Shown here in pieces: positions 24,932 to 36,524 of a DNA stretch of 64,000 nucleotides. Source of the DNA: Squalus acanthias. Lineage: Eukaryota. The DNA is taken from NCBI GenBank assembly GCA_030390025.1, contig CM059432.1:147996001-148060000 (forward strand), in the 5' to 3' direction. Position 1 is the first letter of the stretch, and every line of letters begins with the position of its first letter. The notes under the pieces were generated by a model. It made no database searches. It was not told where the DNA came from and saw nothing but the letters and a program-made list of their open reading frames with translations. The position numbers were made by a program, and so were the translations under genes.

Positions 24932-27131
24932 GGCCGAGATTTTCCTTACCTTGGCGGGTCCGGAAGGGCAACGTCGGTGGCAGGTCCCGACCCCGTTGCT
25001 AGCTCCATCCCGCTCTGGAAAATGAATTTCCATTGATAGGGCTTGTTAATCCCGCCCAGCATGTTTCCGGGTCCAATTAGAGGAAGCGGGTCTGATGACA
25101 TCATTTGATGACGTGTCATCAGGTGGTTTCCTTAAAGGGACCATGGCCACCTTTCTTTTGACATTTTGTGCTGTCAGTGTTCTACAGCATTGAGGTGCTG
25201 CAAACACTGACAATCACTGCACAGAGGTGCAGGGCTATACCCAGGCTCTCTCATAACTCCCTCCATATGCTTATGGAGGGAGTCACAGCACGCAGAGAGG
25301 TCCTCTTCCCTTCCGATGGGAGGAAGAGACCTGTCCAGGAGACCAACACAGCCTGGTTGCACATTGCACAGGAGGATACAAGCAGGGATGCCCTCAGGAG
25401 GACCTGGGTGCAATGGCACAAACATTTCAATTACCTCATTAGATCACGAAATGTCAGTACAAAGCCACACTCACCTTCATCCTGCTCTGCCTCTCATCAC
25501 TTTGCCTTCCCAACCCTACTCCTGCACATCCTTACTCACACCAACTTACCTTGTACCTCCACCCATCTCTCTCTGTCTACATTATCACATCCCCATCTCA
25601 CTAGCCACCCCTCACACTCACTCTCATCATAGTGCAATCATACCAACTAACAATGGGCAACACGGTGGCATAGTGGTTAGCACTGGTGCCTCACAGCGCC
25701 AGAGACCCGGGTTCGAATCTGACCTCGGGTGACTGTCTGTGTGGAGTTTGCACATTCTCCCCGTGTCTGCGTGGGTTTCCTCCGGGTGCTCCGGTTTCCT
25801 CCCACAGTCCAAAAATGTGTGGGTTAGGTTGATTTGGCTATGATAAATTGACCCTTAGTGTTAGGGGGGATTAAATATGTGGGGTTATGGGGATAGGATG
25901 GGATATGTTAGGGGGAATTAAATACGTGGGGTTACGGGGGTAGGGTGGGATATGTGTACTGTGGGGATTAAAGCAGGGACAGGGTACTGGATTTGGATGA
26001 TCAGCCATGATCGTATTGAATGGCGGAGCAGGCTCGACGGGCCGAATGGCCTACTCCTGCTCCTAGATTCTATGTTTCTATGTAACAACACACAAGGGTA
26101 GTCACCTGGGTGTTTTATCCAATGCACATGTAAAGTTTCAGTTAATGTGCTGTCAAACATTGAAACCTTTATTTTCAACACTTTCCTTTCTTGTACAGAT
26201 TTGTGTGCACCTTTGGAAGTGGCTTAGTGAGTTGCAGTGAATGGTGAGACATAACAGCACCCCCCACAATGGTGGTGAGCATGAAAGGAATGGCTCAGAC
26301 ATTGTAGGGATGCTTTATGGTATTAGTGTGGGGTGGTGCCAACCTGGCACATCATGTGGCAGCCAGGGTGTACAGCGTCAAGTGAAGTAAATATGGTCAT
26401 GGTGAGGCCATCCCTGACCTCCCAGGCAGCAATTTGCTTGGGCGCTGATGCCCTGTGTCCTGTGCAGCATCAGGTGATTGCAGAGAAGGTTGGTGTTGTT
26501 GTTGGTGCTGCTGGTGTGCCTGGTGCTGATGTTGGGGCTGATCGTGGTCAGATTCTGAGGACCAAGGTGAGACAGTATAAAGGGCACCCACGTTGATAGA
26601 ATAGATGGCAGGTGAAGTAGAGACGACAGAAGCTTTCTGTCAATGGTGAGAGAGTTCTTTCAATGAGGTGACACTGGTGGAGACTTTGCTGGAAACACTT
26701 GCAGCCTGCAGAATCTGTGCTGGAAATGGACTGAGAAACAGCTTGTGGCTGAGGAAAGTGAAGATCTGTCAGGTGGGAGCTTTTACTGTACAGTTGAAGC
26801 TGTCAAGTAATCAGCTGGAGCAATGGCCACTGAACTCCCACCTCAGATTGACAGCCATGGTTCCCGAACAGTGTGGTTCCCGTGGCCATGAAGTTAAAAT
26901 CAAAAGGTAAGTTAAAAAAGCCTGTTAATGATCTGTCAACTAGATGCTAATGAGTTTAATTGGGTCGCCTGCCACTGCCCGTCGAGTCTACTCAGCGCTG
27001 ACAGACCCGACATTGGGAAAGGCGCAGTGCAGCGGGTTGACAGCAGGGTCCCGACCCGCTGTCAAAAATATCAAATTTTCCACCCGTCCCACCACCGATC
27101 CCGCCCGCTGAACCCCTGGAAAATTCTGGCC
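24932..27131. mobile_element. Non-autonomous Harbinger derivative with both ends
   Basis: TIRs GGCCGAGATTTTCC / GGCCAGAATTTTCC (rc); GTT TSD at 24929-24931 and 27132-27134; Myb/SANT exon remnant (+) and transposase 5' remnant (-). Confidence 0.9.
25655..26082 (+). mobile_element. HE1-like V-SINE with CR1-derived tail
   Basis: A box TGGCATAGTGG, B box GGTTCGAATC, V-domain TGTGGAGTTTGCACATTCTCCCCGTGTCTGCGTGGGTTTCCTCCGGG; TAACAA at 25648-25653 and 26083-26088. Confidence 0.9.
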
Positions 27132-28145
27132 GTTAACTCTGTTTCTCTCTCCACCGAAGATCTGAGAGGATTCGCTACTTCTATCCCTGCTGTCAGTCAT
27201 CAGCTCTCTGCCAAGCACAAGCCTAGAGACATCCACCCATGGAGCATTAGATCGTGAGCCAGTGATTGATGCACAGGGTGGTGCACAGAGTACGAATGGG
27301 AGTTGGAGTTGCAAGATGAAGAAACAGACATTGCTGAGTGGCAGGTTCTTGGATGAAAGCCTCAAGACCCTGATCTCATGAGTTTCGCTTTTAAAACAAG
27401 GATGCTTGCAGAGCATCAAACATTTGAGCACGCAGGGGGTGGTGTCCAAGAGCAAATGGCAGGTCAATTCGAAGAGTCCACTAACTGTATCTGCAGCACC
27501 ATGATAGATGGGTTCCCAGTACTGCAGTCCACCTGAACTCTTAACTTTTACCATGCTTTGGCTTGCTGTCACCATCTTTGGCCACCATCTGACTGGTTGC
27601 ATGACTCAGGGCTTCACTGAACCGATTGAAACCATTCTCTCTACGGTCTTGCTGATCAGCAGCCATGTAGATCCAGGGCCCAGTACTTGTGGCATGGCAG
27701 GAATGTGCTCACATGATACTACTATCTCTCAGGGTAGCAATATGTGTGTGTGTGTCCTCAAACCAGTCTCTTCAGTTGCCTGCACATGTGGCAGAAAGGA
27801 GTTAGGGCGAAACTGCCCTTGCAGCAGGATAAGAATTCAGCTTGCAGCAGGTTCATCTCAGCATTGAACTGTCGTGAGATGGTAAGATGGCGTCTTGCAG
27901 AGGAGTAAAGCAGTAAGTCACCTGATGTAGTCCTGCCACTTGGGTAGCAAGTAGGAGAAGCACAAGTCTCAACATAAAAGGGCACGCATCACACGGCTGC
28001 ACCAAGGAGCAGCACAGAGGGAAGAAATAGTAGGTGCACATGCAGAAAGGTTTGGGATTAAAATGATGGTTGACCTAAAGTTGATGTGTATAGACAGTGA
28101 GAAGTCGCACAACACCAGGTTATAGTCCAACAGTTTTATTTGAAA

Positions 28146-28182
28146 TCACAAGCTTTCGAAGCGCTGCCCCTTCGTCAGGTGA
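28146..28182 (-). ncRNA. Minimal hammerhead ribozyme (family B, inverted arm)
   Basis: rc TCAC-CTGACGA-A-GGGGC/AGC/GCTTC-GAAAGCTT-GTGA. Confidence 0.8.
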
Positions 28183-28819
28183 AGTAAAGGAATACAAATC
28201 GGCAAAGCATATATAGACAGAGAACAATGCCTGTGTAGCGTACAATGTCAGACGACTACATTTAATCCTCCTGACTGCCTTTCGTCACACCTCGGCAGAT
28301 AAACAATCAGGTCAGCCAGGAAGGCACCACATCAAAGACATAGCAAGATACAACTCGGATCTGCGGGTAAGCGTTCTCCAAGGCGGCCTTAGAGACACAC
28401 GACAACGCAAAATCATCGAGCAGAAACTGATAGCCAAGTTCCGCACTCATGAGGACGGCATCAACCGGGATCTTGGGTTCATGTCACGCTACATGACGTA
28501 GAGTCATCCAGACTCAAGTCGTCGTTGGCTTGTTCACAGATGTGATTTCCAGTAAAAAAAAAGTAAAAATTTTAAAGTTTATCGTTTTCCATACAGACTG
28601 CAGCTTTTGACACATTAGACCCCCTGTGACCCCATCTCATTGTCTCAGTTGTATCTTGCTATGTCTTTGATGTGGTGCCTTCCTGGCTGACCTGATTGTT
28701 TATCTGCCGAGGTGTGACAAAAGGCAGTCAGGAGGATTAAATGTAGTCGTCTGCCATTGTACGCTACACATGCATTGTTCTCTGTCTATATATGCTTTGT
28801 CGATTTGTATTCCTTCACT

Positions 28820-28858
28820 TCACCTGACGAAAGAGGCAGCCGCTCCGAAAGCTTGTGA
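28820..28858 (+). ncRNA. Minimal hammerhead ribozyme (family B, forward arm; stem II weakened)
   Basis: TCAC-CTGACGA-AAGAGGCAGCCGCTCC-GAAAGCTT-GTGA. Confidence 0.7.
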
Positions 28859-28984
28859 TTTCAAATAAAACTGTTGGACTATAACCTGGTGTTGTGCAAC
28901 TTCTCACTTTTGTCCACCCCAGTCCAACACCGGCATCTCCGCATCATGTATAGACAGTGACAGTGATAGTTGGAAGAATGGAGA

Positions 28985-29245
28985 ATTCTAAAGGTTGTAG
29001 GGCTGGAGAAGGTCATGGACATAGGGACGAGATATAAACAGGAGGATAGAAATGTTAAATTTGAGGCTTTGGGGGTCTGGGAGCAGATGTAGGTCAGCAA
29101 GGATGGGGCTGATGGGTGAGTGGGACCAAGTGGGATAAGACATGGGCAGCAGTCTTGGATGAGCTGAGCTTTATGGAGGGTGAAGAATGGGAGGCCGGTC
29201 AGGAGAGCATTGGCGTAATCAAGTCTGGAGGTGATCAAGGCAGTT
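28985..29245 (-). mobile_element. Old L2 fragment
   Basis: ITSRLDYANALLTGLP L2 RT C-terminal motif. Confidence 0.7.
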
Positions 29246-29289
29246 AGAAGATGTCTAAGCCCACAGTTGCAAGCCTCTTGGGTCTGCAG

Positions 29290-29454
29290 CTATGTTCCCT
29301 GTAAATTTTTTTGGCCCTGCGCAGCCCCTTTAAGGGGTTGCCCGGGCCATTCAAAATACTGCGCATATGCGGTTTTTACATTGAAATGCCGGCAAGCCAG
29401 CTGCGCGGGTTCCCTGGAGCAGTGCGCGACCGCACACCTTACAGGGAAGCACTG
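29290..29454. mobile_element. hAT-type MITE
   Basis: TIRs CTATGTTCCCTGTAA / CAGTGCTTCCCTGTAA (rc); 8-bp TSD GTCTGCAG at 29282-29289 and 29455-29462. Confidence 0.8.
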
Positions 29455-29639
29455 GTCTGCAGCCTTGGCTCTGATCCTTCTTCCAATTCCCAGCACAAAG
29501 CCTTGCTGAGGGGTGGGCTTGCGCTGAAGGTACGACCAGGCCAAGTAATAGTGGTGCTCAGCAGGAAAGTGCACTGGTTTCATCATCTATGGCTTCAGAG
29601 GGTAACCTTAATCTCCCAGGATCCATTCAGCTGCCTGCC

Positions 29640-30130
29640 TTTGTGGTAGAAAGGGTATGGGCATGCTGGACTGCCTGAAAATAAATGCAGCTTGGCAGCT
29701 GCCAGGAAAGGGAACATTCATTGTGTGTAGGTCACAAATGAGCTAGACACTGAGCGAGTGAAGTCCTTTCCTGTTCATGTAGGTGATGGGATTGATAGGT
29801 GTAATCTATGACTCCTTGTACTTTAGGGATTCCTGCCACTCAGTAAAATTGTACTGCCCTGTCATGCAACCACCTATTGACTACAGGGAGGGTGATGAAC
29901 TGGTGTGCCTTAGCAAACAATGCATCTGTAGCTTGCTTGATGCATCTGTGCACAGCTGATTGACTAATGTTACTGATGTTCCCAGAGATATCCAGGAATG
30001 ACCCTATAGAATAAAAACCCACTGGTTCTTATGGTGGTCAGCTGCAGGTCAGATTACAGGAAGTGGCATAACCTTGCCTGGTGATGTCTATCCTCTGCAA
30101 GTACTGTTCCTGTGTCAGTCAGAGGTAGGA
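29640..30130 (-). pseudogene. Old Harbinger transposase remnant
   Basis: FYSIGSF..GNISNISQSAVHRCIKQATDALF. Ends approximate. Confidence 0.7.
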
Positions 30131-31243
30131 TGCTAAGGTCTATACAGTCTGGAGTGGGTGCTCTGGCAGGTGAGTACCTGACCGACCCAGCTGAAGACAA
30201 AAAGGTCGAGGCTATCAGCTGCAAAGAAAACTAGGAAAAATGATTCCGAAATAGGCGCCGGGAATTTTCTCAGGGCTTCTCCTGTTCTGTTGTCATGGCT
30301 TTGGCAGAAACCCGTTTACACGCGTAAATGGGGTTTCCGCCAAAGTTATTGCAGAGGATCAGGAGAAGCCCCAAGGAAATTCCTGGCAGAGGATTTTACA
30401 AGACATTTTACTGTACCTGCTGTGGTCCTTTTAAATTCATTTGCACCTTTAACTTACTGCCCAGCAATGCTCGTTTTATGCAGGCGTGAATATCGTCAAG
30501 TGTAAATGAGGTGGTAATGATGGAAAATGTGATGAATGATATCATTACCATCTCCTGTAAATAAACTTGACTATATTTGGACAGGTGCTTCCGGCGCCCA
30601 GCAGAATTGATACCAGAGAATCCGATAGAGGTAAAAATGGACAAGGAGCCAGCGTTACAGGTTCTCGCATGATTTTCTGCCCCTGGAAAGTCACACATCT
30701 CAAAAATAGTGATGAAAATATTTTTTTCACCAAAGTTGATTGTTCTGCCACTTCGACAATTAAAAAAAATATATATTTTTTCATTCTCAGGATGTGAACA
30801 TCGCTGGCAAGGCTGCCATTTATCGGCCATCCCTAGTTATCTTGAGAAGGTGGTGGGGAACCTTCTTCTTGAATGCCTGTAGTCCATGTGATGAAGCTGC
30901 TCCCACAGTGCTGCTCGGTGGAGAGATCCAGTGACGATGAAGGAATGGTGTTATATGTCCAAAGCAACAGTATGACAGTTGGAAAGTCTGAGGAAAGTGA
31001 ATGAGGAAGTGATGGAAGAACTATGCTATCTTTTGGAAAGCACCGAGATATCTCATAGTCTGTGTTTTGCCAGCTATGAATTCTGAAGCAGTTTTTCCAA
31101 TATGTATTTGATCCTAGAATTGAAAAATGATGAATTAGTTCACCATTAGACAGTATTACACAGAATGTACAACACAAAAACAGGCCATCTGGCCCAAATG
31201 GTCTATGCCAGTGTTTATGCACCACACAAGCCTCCTCTTAACC

Positions 31244-31763
31244 AAACGCAGATTGGGTGACTGCTTTGCAGAACACCTCCGTTCAGTCTGTAAGGGTGAC
31301 CCCGAGCTTCCGGTCGCCTGTCACTTTAATTCTCCGCTCCACTCCCACTCTGACCTCTCTGTCCTCAGCCTCTTACACTGCTCCAATGAAGCTCAACGTA
31401 AGCTCGAGGAACAGAACCTCACCTTTCGATTAGGCACTTTACAGCCTTCTGGACTCAACATAGAGTTCAGCAATTTCAGACTATAACCCCTGCCCCCATT
31501 TTTTCAGGCGGCAGCTGTTGATGATTCTGCCATCCCCATTTGTAACATTTAATCTCTCCTGCCTTCCACCCTAGCACAGACCGTCCCGTTAGTTCCTTCC
31601 TCCCCTCCCCCTTTCTCTGCCTCTGTACCTGCTTAAAACCTGTTACATCTCCAACTTTTTCCAGTTCTGACGAAGGGTCTCAGACCTGAAACGTTGACTC
31701 TGTTTCTCTCTCCACGGATGCTGCCTGACCTGCAGAGTGTTTCCAGCATTGTCTGTTGTTATT
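31244..31763 (+). mobile_element. PLE family A 3' fragment
   Basis: KRRLGDCFAEH..GLNIEF coding; TCCTCTTAACC TSD at 31233-31243 and 31764-31774. Confidence 0.9.
31663..31699 (+). ncRNA. Minimal hammerhead ribozyme (family A)
   Basis: AGTT-CTGACGA-A-GGGTC/TCA/GACCT-GAAACGTT-GACT. Confidence 0.85.
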
Positions 31764-32298
31764 TCCTCTTAACCCTCTTCATCTCACCCTATCAGCATAT
31801 CCTTCTATTCCTTTCTCCCTCATGCATTTATTTAGCTTCCACTTAAATGCATCTATGCTAATCGCCTACATTCTCACCACTATCTGTTTAAAGAAGTTTC
31901 TCGATTGGATTTATTAGTGACTCTCTTATATTTATGGCCCCTAGTTTTGGTCTACTTCATAAGTGGAAACTTCTTCTCTATGTCTACCCTGTCAAAATCT
32001 TTCATAATTTTAAAGACCTCTATTAGGTCACCCCTCAGCCTTTTCTTTTTAAGAGAAAAGAGCCCCAGCCTGTTCAATCTTTCCTGGTGGGTATAACCTC
32101 TCAGTTCTGGTATCATCCTTGTAAATCAGCTTTGCTCCTTCACCAGTGCCTCGATATCCTTTTTTATAATATGGAGACCAGAACTGTGCACAGTCCTCTA
32201 AGTGTGGTCTAACCAAGGTTCTATACAAGTTTACCATAACTTCTCTGCTTTTCAATTCTATCCCTCTAGACATGAACCCCAGTGCTTTGTTTGCTTTT

Positions 32299-33603
32299 AC
32301 ACATCTGGTGGTCATATGGTGTTCATTGTAGCGCTGTTGGGCTTCATCGGTCGGGTTTCTGACGGGTGGCATCAGCCAAGTTTGAAGTGGGTATCCCTTG
32401 TCTCCTACCGTCTACCCCTTAGGTCTGCTTGCAGATCCGAAGACATCAGGAAACCATCATGGCAGTTACCAGGGAACTGGCGCAAACCTGCGGAAATATC
32501 TTTTTGTGGTTGCACACCAACTGGAATGGAAGCCCTTGCGGTTCACAAATACTCCTGGATGATCTGGAGGGTGCGCAGATTGCCACGTGTGTGCAGTCGA
32601 TGATGCCTTGCACCTGTGGGAAGCCAGCCAGAGCACCCCAAACCCGAGCGCCCGCTTATTCTGACTGGCATCATCACAGGCAAAGTTCATATAATTCCCG
32701 GCCCCTGGCAAACAAGCCATCAGTCATCTGTCTTACGCATTTGTGGGCCGCCGACTGGGATATGTCCCCAGCAGAGCCCTGGAAGGACCCGGAGACAAAA
32801 AGGTTGAGGGTGGTGGTGACTTTGACATCCACTGGTAACGGGTGGCCACCAGATCCAGCAGGGAGCAGGTCTTCTTCTAGGAGGCTGTAGATGTCTGCCG
32901 CCACCTGACACGACAACCTGAGCCTCCCGAGACACTGCTGTTCAGACATGTCAAGGAAACTCCGCCTTTGCCTGCACAGCCTGTGTAGTGCCTCCCGTGA
33001 GCTGCCCCCCTACGCTGCTTCCCTCTCTGCTGTTCCCCTATCTGCTGCTGCCCTCTGTGCTACTGTCCTCTCTGCTGTCCAGCTACAGGTCTCTAAACTG
33101 AAGGCTGGTGCTGTGCTGGTGGTGGTCATACTGGTCCTCGTCTGAGGTCCAATATACGGCAGCCCTAACGCCACCCATCCTGATGTGATTGAGAAAGTAC
33201 TGTGAACAAACTGTTTCCCACTAGCAGGTAAGAAAGCAGATGTGAGTACTGAGTATTTATTGCAGTATTTCTGTGCAATTGATTCAGCCCCTCAATTGCC
33301 ACCATGTTCTTGCGTTACCTTCACTGACGCGGTCCAGGAAGCCCAGGAAACCCATGGATGCGCCGTTAAATTTAAGTCAGTTAAAATATTGCTCTGATTG
33401 AGTGATTACCATATGTTGATAGGCAAATGGCCCCTCCTGAGGGGATTGCACACAAGCAGCCTAACGCGCTCTAGTTAAACCAGGAAGTCGACGGGTTGGA
33501 GCCAGCTTCCTGACACGCTGACATTCTTGACAGGTTTTAATCCCCCCCCCGCCACCCACACCCACACCCAAACCCATACGCTCTTCCAGTTTAAAATTCT
33601 CCT
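32299..33603 (-). mobile_element. Harbinger left end and decayed transposase
   Basis: EQQCLGRLRLS..VKVTTTLNLFVSGSFQ..GDISQSAAHKC; NRKGFHS; RNPTDEAQQRYN; TIR-like GAGGAGAATTTT near 33603. Confidence 0.85.
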
Positions 33604-33771
33604 CGCAATGTCTCTGCGCAGTAGGCATAAAGAGAAATAAATGCAATTGCCCCATTTTTCCTCTGGGTAGAGATGTAACCTTCGTTAATCCTTTCGATCC
33701 TGACTCTCCATGCAAATTGTGAAGGAAAGCTCAAGATCTTTAAAGACCGCTAGTCATTCATTCTGTCCTAG

Positions 33772-33917
33772 ATGATTCATTATATCCTGATAACAGTTAT
33801 TGTGAACAAGACCCCCCCAGAAATGAGACAGTTCCTACAAAACGCCAGATGCCAACTTGTTTGTCATCTTGGCCTATTGCCCTGCTTCCTTTCGCTTTCT
33901 TGGACCTATTGTATTGA
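33772..33917 (+). CDS. Candidate terminal coding exon of an unidentified host gene (GPI-signal-like C-terminus)
   Basis: Acceptor CATTCTGTCCTAG, phase-1 frame DSLYPDNSYCEQDPPRNETVPTKRQMPTCLSSWPIALLPFAFLDLLY*, followed by ~2 kb repeat-poor UTR-like DNA with AATAAA at 34904. Confidence 0.5.
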
Positions 33918-36524
33918 CAGAAAGAAGTCAACAGGCATGAATCAGACATCCTGCAAACCACATCCTGCACTTTCTGCAGAAGTCCAGCAGAAGTTCAGCA
34001 GAACAGCAGTCAGCTAAATTGTACCTTGACATATTAAACCCAAAAGCATCCTGGGGATGAATAACATTAACCATTTCATTATTTCTCGCTACAGTACAAA
34101 TGCACAAGCCATTGATAAGTAAATAGAAAGCAAAAACCTTAATCACATGAAATTAAACCTAATCCTAATCCTACGTATATATGTATACACAATTAGGGAT
34201 TCTTACAATATATATATATGGCCATCACACTTCGAAGTATTGGAAGTGCAAAAAAAACAGAAATGTAGTTGTCTCATGCTGGTTTCATCTGACCTGTAGC
34301 CAAAATTTACAAGCAACTGCAAATTTGCAAACTTCTTTCCCCAGTGATAGCTAGTTGACCTCAATAATTACCGCAATTAGACTTTTCAGCCGAAACGGGA
34401 CAATCCAGATGAAACACAGCTATTGCCTTATGGCAGGACAATACATTGGGCATTGCGTGCTCCAGGCAGTATAAAATGGAGTCATCTGATGTGTCATGAG
34501 CAATGCCACGGGAGATGCACTAGTTCTTATAAAAGTCACATATTGACGGTGTCCGTGGTAATGTGACCCTTATCCTCAAACAGAATATAAATCAATCATC
34601 AGAAATATGGTTCTTAAGATCGCCAAGGAACATAAAATGCAGGATAACATTAACATCATAAAGATTTCACCATTTAAAGAAAGACTTGCATTTCTATAGC
34701 GCCTTTCACGACCACCGGACGTCTCGAAGCGCTTTACAGCCAATGAAGTACTTTTGAAGTGGTGGAGTCACTGTTGTAATGTGAGAATTTAAGAATCTAA
34801 AGTGTGGCATTTTCTTCTTCAAACAGAGTACCATGAAGAGTTTACATTATAAATCTTGGAGTTATGCCATCAATCTGAATAATTTATTGTGAGTTATAAA
34901 AAAAATAAAGACCCAATTTTATTGTCACCTGGATTACTCTGAGGGGCCGTTACAAAACATTATGGAAACTGACTGAATGGCACGATTTGTTAACTTAGTC
35001 AGAGGGCCTCCATTGTCTTCACAAGCTGTCAGAGGGTAAAACCATTTCCAGGGCTTCCTTTGTTGTGCGGAGCACATTTGTGTTTAAACTACATTCCTGT
35101 CATGTGCTGAAGGGACAGGCGGTGCGGATTACTGCAACGCTGCATTGCTACACCATCTATGTGCACGTGATGCAAAGACCCCCTTTCTTTCCCATTTCAG
35201 AAATGCTCACAGTGCCTCAGGTCACAGATGGTCTGGGATGAGATTTTCCCCCATTAAATTCCTAATAATCTTTTTTGAGGATGATTCATGGAAGCTTGGG
35301 GATTTCTCATTTTAATTAGTAGGTTTAAGGAGCTAAAGACTATTTGAAATTCCCTCCTCAGAGAGCTGGGTGCAGGTGATCCCACTCTAAAGAGTGACAC
35401 CATATCAGGACTGTATCCCAATTACCATTTCTGATTTGTGTCGGTCTGGCACAAATCCTAGTTTTGACTCCTTCTTTATGGCACAGTCAGGATACTGTGA
35501 CATGTATAATTGCTCCGGGCGTTTTGTGGTTAGAACGAGAGATGAAAAAGAACAGTTTAAATACAACACTCCCAGTTTTTTCTTTTTAGAAATACAGTAC
35601 CTTAAACTTACCCCATGCCAGGCCCGCTACCTGTTGGCACTACCTCCAAAGCCATGGATCGGCCCACGTACATCTTGCTTGCCCTCACAACTGAGTAAGG
35701 CGGCAAGGGGCCAATTGATTGAAGTTTCTCTTTAAACAGAGAAGACTACTTATGAGAGAGGAAAGAGTGGGTGGGAGGCCTGGGAAATCAGAAAAACATA
35801 GATACACACAGACAATGCTATTCAGTGGTTTCAAGTTTTTAAATTAAATTGGTATTGTTTCAACAAAATAAGTTTCATAAATTAAAGACAGCTAGCCTGA
35901 ATTTATATTAAATGGGTTGGGAACACAGGAACAGGAGTAGGCCATTCAGCCCATCGAGCCTGTTCTTCTCCAGCAAACTAAGGAAAAGACGAATTTCAGA
36001 CAAACCCATTCATACATCAGGATCCTATCGTGTCATTTCAAGGATAGATATTGTAATGGTGTCTAGTGGTCATGCGGCTACCATATTACCATGCCAAGAG
36101 AATCTAATGGGTGACCAACCATCAGTGCACAGTCTGAGCTTGTGTAAAAAGAAAAAAAAAACTTGCATTTCTATAGCGCCTTTCACAACCTCACAACATC
36201 CCAAAGTGCTTTACAGCCAATGACGTACTTTTGAAGGGCGCTCACTGCTGTGATGTAGGAAACGCAGGTTGAAAGGTTGGGAGGAGGCTTGTGTGGAGCA
36301 TAAACACAGGCGTGGCCCAGTTTGGGCCGAATGGCCTGTTTCTGTGCTGTACATTCTATGTAATTCTATGCAAGTAAGTGTTGTCGTCACAACAACAACA
36401 ACCTGCATTTATGTAGCACCTTTAATGTGGGAAAACGTCCCAGGGTGCTTCACTGGAGCAATTATCAAACAAAATTTGACACCAAGCCACATAAGGAGAT
36501 ATTCGGACAGGTGAACAAAAGCAT

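Larger units (their letters stand above)
24450..27155 (+). mobile_element. PLE family A 3' fragment, split by Harbinger derivative
   Basis: DPELPVACHFNS..EEQHLIF coding; pLTR region to ..CTGATGAAACGTT (24931), resuming GTTAACTCTGTTTCTCTCTCCAC at 27132. Confidence 0.85.
28101..28946 (+). mobile_element. Penelope-like element family B with inverted 5' segment
   Basis: 28356-28501 encodes DLRVSVLQGG..RKIIEQKLIAKFRTHEDGINRD (GIY-YIG C-terminus). ~28096-28355 is the reverse complement of ~28648-28908. TGTATAGACAGTGA at 28087-28100 and 28947-28960. Confidence 0.88.
31160..32298 (-). mobile_element. CR1 3' fragment interrupted by PLE
   Basis: [19 protein letters not shown]; tail at ~31160. Confidence 0.75.

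Noticed and set aside
25655..25730. tRNA gene
   Set aside because: A/B boxes run directly into a V-SINE body and LINE tail; the same applies at ~56020-56096 and ~59840-59910.
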